This document shows positions 18,659 through 29,065 of a DNA stretch of 64,000 nt, piece after piece (within the stretch, counting starts at the first letter, position 1; every line of letters starts with the position of its first letter). The stretch comes from Puniceicoccaceae bacterium. GTDB lineage: Bacteria > Verrucomicrobiota > Verrucomicrobiia > Opitutales > Oceanipulchritudinaceae. Under the pieces are notes generated by a model. It was not told where the DNA came from. It searched no databases and was given only the letters and a program-made list of their open reading frames with translations. The position numbers were made by a program, and so were the translations under genes. The stretch is taken from positions 64,001 through 128,000 of the forward strand of contig JBFOMH010000005.1 of the NCBI GenBank assembly GCA_040830765.1. The letters are read 5' to 3'.

Positions 18659-21600
18659 TCAGGATGAGGGCCTGATCATGCGGATAAACTCACCTCCCGA
18701 GGAATCGTTCATGCGATAACTGAGCAGCGAAAATCCCGCCTTCGGGCTATCCTGTTGTGCCGGTGAAAACGACAGGGACCCTGGTTCCACCTCTACCCAG
18801 TCGACCAGATTGGCCGAAGAAAGAAGGGCGAAATCCTCGCCGGATACAGCGCCGTCTCGGATCCAGCATGTCAGCGAAAGGTTTGTGACATCCGAAACCT
18901 CGACTTGAAGCGTTAGCGGGGAATCATCCGCGATCAGCATGTCCGTCCCGTGAAGCACCTCGAAGTAGTCGGCGATGCGATCGTTGTCCGAATCGGGATC
19001 GAGGTAATTGGGTAAACCGTCGCCATCGGGATCCCCCGCGCCCTCGGTCACATCGGATATGCCGTCGTTATCGGAGTCCACCTCGGTTGCAATGACCAGT
19101 ACAACCCAGTCGAGGCTCGTATTCGCGGGGGGAAGTCCCAGCGAAACTGAGGATCCGCCCATGGCTTGCTTCACGGTCCCCTCCTGGAGCTCACCCCCAT
19201 TGCGGGGATCAAACCACTGGACGCTGTAGGTTCCCGTCTGGCCGGAAAGGTTGAGCAACTTGGCTCCCCCGGAAGGGAGGTAGACCACATAGACCCGGCC
19301 CTCGTCGGCCAGACAATAGCCAGCACTGATACTGTTCCCCGGGTTGCCAATGAGATCATTGCGGCTGGTCATTTCCCAGAAAGGGACAAAGTTGTCCTTG
19401 AAGAATGACAGTGCATGGCGGCAGTAATCCCACCAGTTGTCGCGGGAGCGGAAGTCCTCCAGGGTCATGTCGGAATGCGCGTGATCGTATCCAAAATACC
19501 ACTCGTTGCCAGCGCCCCCGGCCATCAAGGTCCCCCAAAGGGCATTTTTCCTGCCATCCTCATGGGAGTTGCCCGCGTCGTTGTCCGGACGCAGCGCATG
19601 CCGGGCATCCCCTGGCTCGTCAACAACCACGACCCACGGCTTACCCGCGGAAGCGGAACGGCTCACCCACTCGAGGGTGTCCCCGTGGACATTAGCGAAG
19701 TTGGCCTGGTTTGTCTGCAAAGAGGCACCAGTCAGCTTTGAGGCATCACCCAGCAGGGGCCCGTAAACCTGCTCCTTCTGGGGTGGATAGGAGTGAATGA
19801 CAATGTTGTGCCGGTACGGATCCGTATCATGGAAATACTGGGCGTAGGCCTTGACCCGCGTCTGCTGGGAATCCGACAGCTCTTCCCAGATGTCGTTTTC
19901 CTCCCCAAGGTTCCAGTTGAGGGCGAGATGGTGGGCATAGCGGGCAATCAGTTCACGGTAATAGAGAGTCCGGTGGGGCCCGAGGTTGCCGTTGTCGAGC
20001 AATTGGTCATTCTCCGTTTCCTGGGTCTTGAAATGGAGGTGGAATCCCTTCTGGTCGGCGTGGGCAAATATCGCTTCCCACTGGTCCAGTCTCGAGACAT
20101 CCATCCGTTCCCTTTCCGCATAGCTGATGTAGGGGAACACGTTCCGGTCATCGCCGGTAATGTTGAAGGTGAGAAAGGAGATGGCATTCAATCCCTCGCT
20201 GGCGAGGTAGTTGATGGCCCCGGCCAGTTCCGTTCCCTTGCCGCTCATCCAGGCCGCGTCGCCATCCTGCCAGTCGGCTGCGTGCGCGGAATAGGATTTG
20301 ATCGAAGCCTCTTCGCTGACGAAGGTGTTGCCATTATACTGGCCATCAGACTTGAAGCCACCGTCAAAATCCTCATAGGCGAGCAGGTTCTCCGGGGCGT
20401 CGGGTCCCTGTTTGAGGAAATACTCCCCGCTGCCGGCGAAGCGCTGGTAGTGCATCCCGACGTATTCCAGGCGCCCCCGTGAACGGTTGTCCGGGGCGGC
20501 CTTCTCCGACTTGCCGACCGTGAAAAAGCCACTCACCTGGCCATTGGCCTGGCCGTTCAGGGGCGCGGGTGATCCGGCATTGCCACTGACAGCGATTTCG
20601 GTTCCGTTCCGGAATTGGGCCGTGTATTCCCACAGGCCCGTCTTGTCGGGAGAAAAGTGGGCTCGCCAGATATTGCCGCTATCGGCACCGGTCTCCCCGG
20701 CGTTGCCATCGGCCGCATAGTATCCCGGGACAACAAAACTCCGCCCGCTGCCCGCATGGGTGAAGGTGACATCGAGCCGGTAATCCATGAAGGGATTGGG
20801 GTCGGCGGCCTCACTGGTTTTCGGTCCCTCAAAGGCCACCGTAATTCGGTGCCACTGTTTCAGTTCACCATAAATACCCGCCACCGGCGTGTTCAAGACT
20901 GTCGATTCGGAACCCGCATTCAGGGCAATGGCATGCCAGCGACCCCGCGACCATGCCGTCCCGTCACCCTCGGGGATCTCGCCGTTGGTATGGGCGTTCG
21001 ATTCAATCGCAATGACATCGTTGCGGTTCAACGGGACTCCCGTCCAGACATGCGAATGCAGCTTGCGGTCACGCGGCGACCCGGGACCAATGTAGGGATT
21101 CTGGTAGGTCTTGACGACCTGGTCATTGACCAGGAATCGATAGGTCGATTCGCCGTCCTCCTCAGGAAGGGAATACAATGTGACATCGTAATGCCCGGCC
21201 TCGCCGTCAAAGAGGCTTTCCGCCTTCGCAAAGGGGCCCCGGTAGCTGACTTCGGACGCGTTGATGGCCAGCGCCTCGCTGTTGTTGTCGCTGTAATAGG
21301 GAATGCTGCCGGCCTCGATATCCGTGAAATCCTGCAAGGCGTAATAAACATAATCGCTGTCGGTATTAACCCCGATCGAATAGGTGGACGGTTCCAACCC
21401 GAGATTCTCAGCAGTCGACTTGGCCACGCTGGCATGACGGAACAATAATCGATTGATCCGGAAGTGCCGTGACCGACCGGAAACAACCAGCGTGTACTCT
21501 TCCCCAGCCTTGAATTCGTAGACAGCAACCCGCTTGTTGCTGTGCCCGCCAAGGTCGAGTTGACTCCCGGAAGCCCAACTGAAATTCAGGTTGGAGCCAC

Positions 21601-22453
21601 CGAAGAATTTTGTATCGGACTTCAATGCGGAGAGTGGCGCATTGTCCCCATGGCTGGTGTAAGGCCCGGGACCCGCCGCATAATCCCCTTCCACTCGCAC
21701 GTAGGCATCATTGGCAACGTCAGTCCGTCCATCGATGGTTTCCTTGGCACAGTGAAGGTGCAGATAATACAAACCGCCCTGGTTGATCTTGAAGCGGTAG
21801 ACCAAAGGCGAAGTAGCTGGGCCATTGGTGTATGTATTTCCATCAAAGCGTAAGTATCCCCCGCCGGTGTATCCACTAATCGTGTTTTCGGGTATCCATT
21901 TTCCCAGATCCGAGGGCGTGACTTCCATCTCCATGATAACCAGGCCACCCGCTTCCAGATAAAGCCGGTCCTCGCTCGAATTTCCAGGATCCCCTCCTCC
22001 GCCAGAGCTACTGTCCGAGACCGTGAAGTTGATCGTCAGCGGGACACTGGGCGTCCCAGTGGCATTAGCCTCACTATACGCAACAGCCGTCACGGTATGC
22101 TCGCCCGGGGCCGGCGTCCATGGCAGGAAGTCCCCTGCATTATCCCCGCCAAGGGCATAAGGGGCCACACTCTCCGTCCGGAAGTTAGCGTTCCCGTCCA
22201 ATTCAAAGCGGACGCTACCCACTGTGCCACTAGTGACTGCCTCAATGTTCAGGTTGTAGGTATTCAGTTCGCCGAGATCGATCTCCGCCCCGTCCTTCAA
22301 GGGGACAAATCCGAGAATCGGCAAATCCTTGTCGGCATCCATGAGGCGGAGAAATTCCACCACCGGCTGGGCATAGCCGGATGCGGCAGTGAATAAAGTG
22401 GCGCAGATGACCAGTTGAACCTTTGTTCGCAAGGCATGGGTAGGGTATTTCAT
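18659..22453 (-). CDS. Large secreted modular carbohydrate-active protein (DUF5060 plus GH-like TIM barrel plus putative collagen-binding domain, Ca-binding DxDxDG repeats)
   Basis: NPFMDYRL...[38 protein letters not shown]...DWVVL, DSDNDG/DPDGDG repeats. Start taken at ATG 22453. Confidence 0.8.
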   Translation of the reverse strand: MKYPTHALRTKVQLVICATLFTAASGYAQPVVEFLRLMDADKDLPILGFVPLKDGAEIDLGELNTYNLNIEAVTSGTVGSVRFELDGNANFRTESVAPYALGGDNAGDFLPWTPAPGEHTVTAVAYSEANATGTPSVPLTINFTVSDSSSGGGGDPGNSSEDRLYLEAGGLVIMEMEVTPSDLGKWIPENTISGYTGGGYLRFDGNTYTNGPATSPLVYRFKINQGGLYYLHLHCAKETIDGRTDVANDAYVRVEGDYAAGPGPYTSHGDNAPLSALKSDTKFFGGSNLNFSWASGSQLDLGGHSNKRVAVYEFKAGEEYTLVVSGRSRHFRINRLLFRHASVAKSTAENLGLEPSTYSIGVNTDSDYVYYALQDFTDIEAGSIPYYSDNNSEALAINASEVSYRGPFAKAESLFDGEAGHYDVTLYSLPEEDGESTYRFLVNDQVVKTYQNPYIGPGSPRDRKLHSHVWTGVPLNRNDVIAIESNAHTNGEIPEGDGTAWSRGRWHAIALNAGSESTVLNTPVAGIYGELKQWHRITVAFEGPKTSEAADPNPFMDYRLDVTFTHAGSGRSFVVPGYYAADGNAGETGADSGNIWRAHFSPDKTGLWEYTAQFRNGTEIAVSGNAGSPAPLNGQANGQVSGFFTVGKSEKAAPDNRSRGRLEYVGMHYQRFAGSGEYFLKQGPDAPENLLAYEDFDGGFKSDGQYNGNTFVSEEASIKSYSAHAADWQDGDAAWMSGKGTELAGAINYLASEGLNAISFLTFNITGDDRNVFPYISYAERERMDVSRLDQWEAIFAHADQKGFHLHFKTQETENDQLLDNGNLGPHRTLYYRELIARYAHHLALNWNLGEENDIWEELSDSQQTRVKAYAQYFHDTDPYRHNIVIHSYPPQKEQVYGPLLGDASKLTGASLQTNQANFANVHGDTLEWVSRSASAGKPWVVVVDEPGDARHALRPDNDAGNSHEDGRKNALWGTLMAGGAGNEWYFGYDHAHSDMTLEDFRSRDNWWDYCRHALSFFKDNFVPFWEMTSRNDLIGNPGNSISAGYCLADEGRVYVVYLPSGGAKLLNLSGQTGTYSVQWFDPRNGGELQEGTVKQAMGGSSVSLGLPPANTSLDWVVLVIATEVDSDNDGISDVTEGAGDPDGDGLPNYLDPDSDNDRIADYFEVLHGTDMLIADDSPLTLQVEVSDVTNLSLTCWIRDGAVSGEDFALLSSANLVDWVEVEPGSLSFSPAQQDSPKAGFSLLSYRMNDSSGGEFIRMIRPSS

Positions 22454-22640
22454 AGCACTTGAAGTTGGGATTTCTGCCACCGGAAAATGCCGGCAGCTTC
22501 CCTAGTCAAGTGGCTCGAAATTTCTAGGTCAGATACAATTTAATTCTACCTGTATGAGAACGGGACGACCATCCTGCCTCGATACCCTGCCAGTGTAGAG
22601 ATAGTTCTCGTCTTCTCTCCCCTAGCAGAGAAACAAATCC

Positions 22641-23429
22641 TCAGTTCGGCACATAGAGCCAGGCCCCACCTTCCCCAAATGTTGATTCATCGCCGTATAT
22701 CCATTTGTTGAGGGAATAACTGTACAACCAAGGAGCACTGGCAATATTAAGCCAGCCCATCAACGGGGTTGTATCAATCAGGCTACCGTCAACAATGGTG
22801 TAGCCGGCCCAGGTGGCCGGAGGGGGTGTTCTCAATTCAATGGAAAATCCGGCAAAATCCCCCTCAGCACCCGAACCGGTCATCTCAATGGTGATTTGAC
22901 CCGCTTCATCGGCAAAACTGAACGAATAGGTCACGTTGCCACTGCCGCCGGCCGACTGGTTGTCGGCCCGTCCGAATACCTGACCGTCTTCGGCAAAGGC
23001 CAGTTGCCGGTATTGGCCCGGCTCTGCCCGGCCATGATAATAGACAAGATAGTACTCCGCTCCTGGAACGAGGCCGGAGATTGTCATCGTGGCAGTCGCC
23101 CCACTGGCCACGACAAAGTAGTCGTTTTCAAGCGGCCTTTGCGAAACGATAAAAGCGGTGTTTCCAGTCCATGTCCCCAAAATCCCGGTAATTGAAGCGG
23201 TGATCCCCCCGCTGGTGACCGAGGATGAATCAACGAGATAGAACGCGTTGAACGCAGGAGGCGGCGTATCGAGGGCGTTCCAGGCGATTGCACCGGGGGC
23301 GGTTGTTCCGGACCCGGCGATCGGGTGATAGGCTTGGGCGTCGAAAAGGACCTCCTGGGCAGTTAGACGTTGTGGCAGGAAGCCAATCCCTGCGATAGCG
23401 AGAATGATAAATAAACTAATACGAGACAT
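22641..23429 (-). CDS. Secreted beta-rich protein with Trp-rich C-terminal module (type A)
   Basis: Signal peptide; TISGLVPGAEYYL; PPP linker followed by WAGY...DTTPLMGWLNI...GAWLYVPN. Confidence 0.75.
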   Translation of the reverse strand: MSRISLFIILAIAGIGFLPQRLTAQEVLFDAQAYHPIAGSGTTAPGAIAWNALDTPPPAFNAFYLVDSSSVTSGGITASITGILGTWTGNTAFIVSQRPLENDYFVVASGATATMTISGLVPGAEYYLVYYHGRAEPGQYRQLAFAEDGQVFGRADNQSAGGSGNVTYSFSFADEAGQITIEMTGSGAEGDFAGFSIELRTPPPATWAGYTIVDGSLIDTTPLMGWLNIASAPWLYSYSLNKWIYGDESTFGEGGAWLYVPN

Positions 23430-23525
23430 AAATGCTGCTTATCCATTAAGCGGCCGCGATTCAATAAAAATTTCACCCCGAGAGTCCTTTCGAAACCGAT
23501 TTTCCTCAATTGCCCGCGGGAGAAA

Positions 23526-24548
23526 CTATTGCAAGCGGTCACCAACAAAAAACTCTCGTACAACGCTATAGGCTTCCTTGGGCTCCCTGTCGATAGTCAG
23601 GATGCCCCAGTATTCCTCATTGGCGACAGCGTCATAAGGAAATCCGGCAGGCGGCGGCTTGCCCCCGACATCCTGGGTGTCGAGCGTGCCTTCCTCGTCT
23701 TTCCACCACTCATCAACAAAGGCAAAAATAGCTACTCCCGAGCTCACTTCCGGGAAGCGGGCAATATCCTCAAGAATAGCCCGCATGGCATCCGCCTGGG
23801 CCTTTTCATTGGATCCAATCGCGTAGCCCTCGTTGTCATTGGCCATGTAGCTGTCGGCACCCGCCTCGGAGAGGTAGATCGGCTTATTGCTGATCTTGGG
23901 CCAGTCGATAAATATGCCTTCCGGATCATCCCAGCGGTAGACGTTCATTCCCCAGACATCGATATTCGGGCAGGACTCAAGGGCCTGTTTGTCAGGCAGC
24001 TCCCCGTGCGCGGTGGCAACGGGCCGGGTTGGATCAATCTGCTTGGCCAGGACGGCTGCCGCATCGAGGGCATCGTACCAATTCTGGATGTCTCCGCCAA
24101 ACCAGTCTGGATGGTAGTTGTACTCATTACCCAATTCCCAGAGCAGGATGGCCTTGTGGTCCTTGTACTCGCGGATGTAGTCCGCGAAGGTTCCGGATAG
24201 AATATCGAATTCCCCACCCTGGTTGTACCCGATACTGATGATTACCCGGACTCCTGCAGCTGCGATGGCGTCGAGGACCGAGCGGTCGGTGATCGGTTCA
24301 TACACACGGATGGTATTGATTCCTGCCTCCTGCATCAGGATCAGGTCCTCATCAAGGCGATCAAAGCTACGGACCCGGCTGCCCTTGGGGACCGGGTGGT
24401 AGCACACTCCCTTGATGGTGTACGGTTCCCCATCGATCATCAACTTCTGTACTCCAGAAGCACTGGCAGGCTTGTCATCAAGCGAGCTGCTGCAGCCGCT
24501 GAAAATCAGGATGGGTAGCGAAAGAAAGAGAATTATTGCCGCCTTCAT
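23526..24548 (-). CDS. Clan GH-A (GH2-like TIM barrel) glycoside hydrolase lipoprotein
   Basis: Lipobox FSGC; AGINTIRVY; WELGNEYN (acid/base); IYLSEAG (nucleophile). Confidence 0.82.
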   Translation of the reverse strand: MKAAIILFLSLPILIFSGCSSSLDDKPASASGVQKLMIDGEPYTIKGVCYHPVPKGSRVRSFDRLDEDLILMQEAGINTIRVYEPITDRSVLDAIAAAGVRVIISIGYNQGGEFDILSGTFADYIREYKDHKAILLWELGNEYNYHPDWFGGDIQNWYDALDAAAVLAKQIDPTRPVATAHGELPDKQALESCPNIDVWGMNVYRWDDPEGIFIDWPKISNKPIYLSEAGADSYMANDNEGYAIGSNEKAQADAMRAILEDIARFPEVSSGVAIFAFVDEWWKDEEGTLDTQDVGGKPPPAGFPYDAVANEEYWGILTIDREPKEAYSVVREFFVGDRLQ

Positions 24549-24623
24549 AACCTCACAAAATGCACTTCAGCGCAATTTTCAAGGTTTACGGACAATCTTT
24601 CCCATAGTCCCTTTGCGCCGGAC

Positions 24624-25472
24624 TCAATCCGCTTCCATCCATTGGCGACCTATCTCAGCAAAGGCCTGCTCCAACTCTGCCACTTCCCATTTGCCCTCGA
24701 TGTTGATCGGGCCACTGAATCCAGCCTCGCGAAGCACTTTGAAATAGGGCCGGAAATCCTGTCCGCTGGTACCCGGGACCCGGCGACCCTCCGCCTCGGC
24801 AATTTCGACAATGGCAACCAAGTCAACCGCTTCCCGCAGGTCCTCCGGCGTGTCCCCCTCAATGACCATGTGAAAGAGATCCGCATTGGCCCGAATTGCT
24901 GGATGGTCCGCGGCCCGGACAACTTCCACCACCTCTGAGATGGTATTGATGAAATTACACTCCTGCTGGCGCAATTGCTCGACCATGACGACGACGCCAT
25001 GCTGTTCCGCTACGGGCCCCATCCGCTTCAGGAGAGCGATAAACTGCCGTTTGGCCTCCTCCAATGGAAATCCTTTCGGAATCCGGCGGGAACCCGAGCT
25101 GCCAAAAGTGATTCCCTTGACCCCCGCCCGTTTTGCCCGTTTGAAGGCAATTTCCGCATAGGCCATGACGGCATCATGATTCGCCTCCGGGCCAACGCAC
25201 TTCAGGTCCTTTCTCCTGATGAAGCTGTTGCAGGACCAGACCGGCAGAGGTGATTGCCCGGCTTGTTCAAGGCTTTTCAAAAACGCCTCCTCCGGTTCGT
25301 CCGGCATCAGCCACCCGGCAACCGACGCCGCCACAAAACTGCCGCCAGCCGCCTTGACTGCCTCAGCATCCCCGAGTCCTCCTCCGACACCCAGTGGTGG
25401 GATGGGCGCACCCTCCATGGAGGACAGGAAGGCAACTGCTGCCAAAACGCAGACCGCGGCTAACTGCTTCAT
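24624..25472 (-). CDS. Sugar phosphate isomerase/epimerase (xylose isomerase-like TIM barrel) with predicted signal peptide
   Basis: FGSSGSR, VEQLRQQECNFINT, DLFHM, NIEG motifs. Confidence 0.85.
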   Translation of the reverse strand: MKQLAAVCVLAAVAFLSSMEGAPIPPLGVGGGLGDAEAVKAAGGSFVAASVAGWLMPDEPEEAFLKSLEQAGQSPLPVWSCNSFIRRKDLKCVGPEANHDAVMAYAEIAFKRAKRAGVKGITFGSSGSRRIPKGFPLEEAKRQFIALLKRMGPVAEQHGVVVMVEQLRQQECNFINTISEVVEVVRAADHPAIRANADLFHMVIEGDTPEDLREAVDLVAIVEIAEAEGRRVPGTSGQDFRPYFKVLREAGFSGPINIEGKWEVAELEQAFAEIGRQWMEAD

Positions 25473-25475
25473 GCT

Positions 25476-25925
25476 CTATTCCTTCAATTCCATTTCCCAG
25501 ACATAGATGTCCCGCTCATTGCGGCGCACCGTTTGCATGGCAATTTTTTCAAATCCGAACCTGGCATAGAACTCCACCGCATTCAGGGTGGCCAGAATCT
25601 TGATCGGACGCTCCTTGATCTCGTTCCTTGCAAACTCGAAAAGCGCCCTTCCATAGCCTTTGCGATGGTCCTTGGGATCGACAAAAAGGCCGACTATCTT
25701 ACCTTCCGCCAGGTGCACGTAGCCTCTCGGCTCGGACTCATCCTCAAGGACGTAGAAGTTTTCATAAAAGAGAACTTCTGACATGCCGCGTACGGTCCGG
25801 CCACGATGCCAGTCCTCAAGAATATCTTCAGGATAATAACCGGCTCCTCCGGCAGCGGTTGATTCGACAAGGATTTCAAACAGGCGGGTGGCGTCAGCTG
25901 CCTTGGCTTTGCGAATAAACTTCAT
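25476..25925 (-). CDS. GNAT family N-acetyltransferase
   Basis: LFVDPKDHRKGYGRAL acetyl-CoA motif; NAVEFYARFGF. Start at ATG 25925. Confidence 0.88.
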   Translation of the reverse strand: MKFIRKAKAADATRLFEILVESTAAGGAGYYPEDILEDWHRGRTVRGMSEVLFYENFYVLEDESEPRGYVHLAEGKIVGLFVDPKDHRKGYGRALFEFARNEIKERPIKILATLNAVEFYARFGFEKIAMQTVRRNERDIYVWEMELKE

Positions 25926-26118
25926 TAAAGGGTATGAATTATGGGAAAAGAAAGGGGCTGATGGCTCCACTGGGTGGTGCCACGAACCATCAAGCGCCAA
26001 GTGCTGCCCGGAGGCAACGATTATTGGCTGGAACCTGAATTTTACTGGAAATCATCCTGCGGCTTCGCAAGAGGCCACTTGTCGGAAATGCTTACTGTTA
26101 GCGAATTCCCGTTCTTCC

Positions 26119-27393
26119 ATGATGAATCGAAAGACATTCTTAAAGTACCTCGCGGCAAGCTCGACAGCGATGGTGCTTGGCCACAAGGCCTCCCAGGCCA
26201 GCGCTTCGGTCACCGTGATTCCTCCGACTGGCTTGTCCGGGATGGACACAGGTAGCTGGGCTGCTGTCCGGGAGCTCTTCCCCTTGTCGCCGAAGCGGAT
26301 TTATTTCAACACCGGTGGTTTGGGTCCAACTTCAAATCCGGTCCTCGAGGCAATGCACCAGCAGGCGCTTCGTCAGGCGATTGATGGTGAACACCACCAC
26401 AGTCTCCTGCACCGGGTACGGGAAACCACTGCTGGGATATTCGGGGCGCATCCGGACGAGATTGCCTTTGTCCGCAATGCCACTGAGGGAAACTCGGTCA
26501 TTGCCAATGGTCTTGACCTGAAGGCTGGCGATGAAGTGATTTTCGAATCCCATGCCCATCCAGGTGGTTCCTTCCCCTGGCTCGCCCGCCAAAAGGAGAT
26601 CGGAATCAAGGTCCGCATTTTCGAACCGGATCCAGACAGTCCGGAGGAAAACCTCCAGCGCATCCTTTCACTGGTCAACGATCGCACCAAAGTCATTCAA
26701 GTGAGTCATGTCACCGCCCCGACGGGCATTCTTTTTGATGTCATGTCCATTGCCAGGGCATGCCGCGAGCGTGGAATCTGGTTTCACATCGACGGGGCCC
26801 AAAGCGCCGGGATGATCCCCTTTAATCTCAATGCCATTGCTTGCGATTCCTATGCCACCAGCGGTCACAAGTGGCTTAACGGTCCCCAGGAAAGTGGTTT
26901 CCTCTACATTGCCAAATCGCGTCTGGACGAAGTGGCCTGCAGCCATGCCGGAGCGTATTCAAGCGGCCAATACAAATTACCCGACACATTTGTCTACGCG
27001 CCATTCGCCCACCGCCATGAATACGGAACGCGCGATGCCGCTTCCATTCTCGGCTTGGAGACAGCGCTCCGCCTGCAGCAAAAGATCGGTCTCGAACGCA
27101 TTGCCAAACATGGGAAAAAACTGGTTGCCGAGGCACGCCTTGTCCTGGGGAACATCGATGGTGTGAAAATCCTCACTCCCGGGCATCCGGACATGCACAA
27201 TTCGATCCTCTCCTTCCGCATTGCCGGAAAGGAAAGTGGCGATCTTTATCGACGACTGCTGGAGGAACACAACCTCCGCTGCCGCAATGTTACCGAGCGC
27301 GGTATTAACGCGATCCGCATTTCCTGGCATGTCTACAACAGCGAGGCTGACCTTGAGTCCCTGGAAAAAGCGGTCCGCAGTCTGGTGTCCTGA
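26119..27393 (+). CDS. Class V PLP-dependent enzyme (isopenicillin N epimerase/PvdN-like) with Tat-like signal
   Basis: MNRKTFLK leader; YFNTGGLGP, RNATEG, DGAQSAG, SGHKWLNGP (PLP lysine), RISWHVYN. Confidence 0.88.
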   Translation: MMNRKTFLKYLAASSTAMVLGHKASQASASVTVIPPTGLSGMDTGSWAAVRELFPLSPKRIYFNTGGLGPTSNPVLEAMHQQALRQAIDGEHHHSLLHRVRETTAGIFGAHPDEIAFVRNATEGNSVIANGLDLKAGDEVIFESHAHPGGSFPWLARQKEIGIKVRIFEPDPDSPEENLQRILSLVNDRTKVIQVSHVTAPTGILFDVMSIARACRERGIWFHIDGAQSAGMIPFNLNAIACDSYATSGHKWLNGPQESGFLYIAKSRLDEVACSHAGAYSSGQYKLPDTFVYAPFAHRHEYGTRDAASILGLETALRLQQKIGLERIAKHGKKLVAEARLVLGNIDGVKILTPGHPDMHNSILSFRIAGKESGDLYRRLLEEHNLRCRNVTERGINAIRISWHVYNSEADLESLEKAVRSLVS

Positions 27394-27400
27394 CCGGCGC

Positions 27401-27922
27401 CTAATCGCCGATCTGGACAATCAGTTCGATTTCCACAGCCGATCCAAGTGGCAGGGAACTGAACCCGCAAGCTGCCCGGGCATGACGGCCCTTTTCGCCA
27501 AAGACCTCCACCAGCAAGTCGGAACATCCGTTAATGACCTGGGAGTGGGAGGTGAAATCTGGAGCGGCATTGACCATCCCGAAGACCTTGACCACCCGGA
27601 CCACCTTGTCGAGGTCACCCAACTCGGCCTTCAACGTGGCCAGCAGGGCAATTGCTGACTGGCGGGCGGCGGCATAGCCGGCTTCCACATCCATGTCATC
27701 ACCCAGCTTGCCGGTAATAACGCCACCCTCCGCATCCCGTGGCAAATGGCCGGAAAGGAACAGAAGGTTACCCGTCCGCACTGCGCCAACATAGTTGGCA
27801 ATGGACGGACTGACTTCGGGGAGCTCAATGCCCAGGTTTGCCAGATTTTCCTCAGGAGAGGAAACTGCAGTCAGCGTGAATGAGAAAATGACCAGAAGGA
27901 GAATGATTGGATTACGTGCCAT
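27401..27922 (-). CDS. RidA/YjgF/UK114 (Rid) family protein with N-terminal signal peptide
   Basis: ANYVGAVRTGNLLFLSGHLP, NGCSDLL, GRHARAA...LP..VEIE. Confidence 0.9.
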   Translation of the reverse strand: MARNPIILLLVIFSFTLTAVSSPEENLANLGIELPEVSPSIANYVGAVRTGNLLFLSGHLPRDAEGGVITGKLGDDMDVEAGYAAARQSAIALLATLKAELGDLDKVVRVVKVFGMVNAAPDFTSHSQVINGCSDLLVEVFGEKGRHARAACGFSSLPLGSAVEIELIVQIGD

Positions 27923-27981
27923 AGGCAGCATTCAGTCAGGATCACTCCCCCGCTTCAATCAGCTTTTTCTGTCCTGTAAAC

Positions 27982-29061
27982 CTAGCTTGCGTCAGCCACC
28001 GCCTGAGCTTCCATCGACAAGGCTGCGGCAGCAAAACAATGTTCCTGGGTCATTGCCTCCTCTGTCCGGTTCAGGCAGTCGAGAATGAGCTGGCCATAGA
28101 AGGGGAATCCAATCTTCCCCTCGCAGGGGATCCGCTTCTCGCCCTCGTGATCAACCAGGTAGACGACCTGTGCTTCCTGCGGTTCATGCGTGATGTCATT
28201 GTATTTACGCACTTCGATGTATCCATCCGTGCCCAGAACAAAAGTCCGTCCATCACCCCATGAGCGGTGGCCCTTGGGATTGAACCAATCCATCCGGCAG
28301 TAGCAGGAGACCCCGTTATCGAGTGTCAGGGAGGCCTCCCCGAAATCCTCCAGTCCGGGCGTCTCCGGATTGGCGAAATTCTCAACCCGGGCAAAATTCA
28401 CGATCCCTGAACGGGCATTGGCGTAATAGAGAAATTGCTCGAACTGATGCGACCCGATGTCGGTCAGGATACCGCCATACTTTTCCTTTTCGAAAAACCA
28501 GGCCGGCCGGCTTTCTTTGGCCAGGTTATGTGGCGCCAGGATCAGGATTTGCAAGACCCGGCCAATGGCCCCGGAACGGATCAGCTCGCCGGCATACCAA
28601 CCCGCCTCCGTGTGCAGGCGTTCGGAAAAGTCGCACATGTACTTGCGGCCCGTTTCGGCAACCACACTTCGGGCTTCCTCCAGTTGCTCAAGCGTCGTGA
28701 AGGGGGATTTGTCGGTAAAATAATCCTTTCCGGCCCGCAGGGTCTGGAGGCCAATGGCGCAGCGATCAGATGGGACAGCGGCAGCGGTCACCAGGTGCAC
28801 TTCCGGATCGGCGAGGATTTGTTCATAGGACTCGGCTGCCTGCACGCCGGGATATTTCCGGCAAAAGTCCGCCAACCGCTCCGGATCCGGATCCCAGGCC
28901 CACTTGCAGATGCCTCCGGCTTCTGTCAGTCCATTGGTCTGGCCAAAGATATGCCCGTGGTCAAAGAAGGCGGCCGCAAAGACAAATTCCCCCGGCTGGA
29001 CCACCGGCTCCGGCTTGGCGGCCTTGGGGGCCCAGTTCATTCCATCACGTTCCTGGCTCAT
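27982..29061 (-). CDS. Gfo/Idh/MocA family oxidoreductase
   Basis: HGHI, AGKDYFTDKSP, GGILTDIGSHQFEQ. Start taken at ATG 29061. Confidence 0.9.
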   Translation of the reverse strand: MSQERDGMNWAPKAAKPEPVVQPGEFVFAAAFFDHGHIFGQTNGLTEAGGICKWAWDPDPERLADFCRKYPGVQAAESYEQILADPEVHLVTAAAVPSDRCAIGLQTLRAGKDYFTDKSPFTTLEQLEEARSVVAETGRKYMCDFSERLHTEAGWYAGELIRSGAIGRVLQILILAPHNLAKESRPAWFFEKEKYGGILTDIGSHQFEQFLYYANARSGIVNFARVENFANPETPGLEDFGEASLTLDNGVSCYCRMDWFNPKGHRSWGDGRTFVLGTDGYIEVRKYNDITHEPQEAQVVYLVDHEGEKRIPCEGKIGFPFYGQLILDCLNRTEEAMTQEHCFAAAALSMEAQAVADAS

Positions 29062-29065
29062 GGTT

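Noticed and set aside
26119..27393. SufS/IscS cysteine desulfurase
   Set aside because: It lacks the RxGHHC or SSGSAC catalytic motif and has an export leader.
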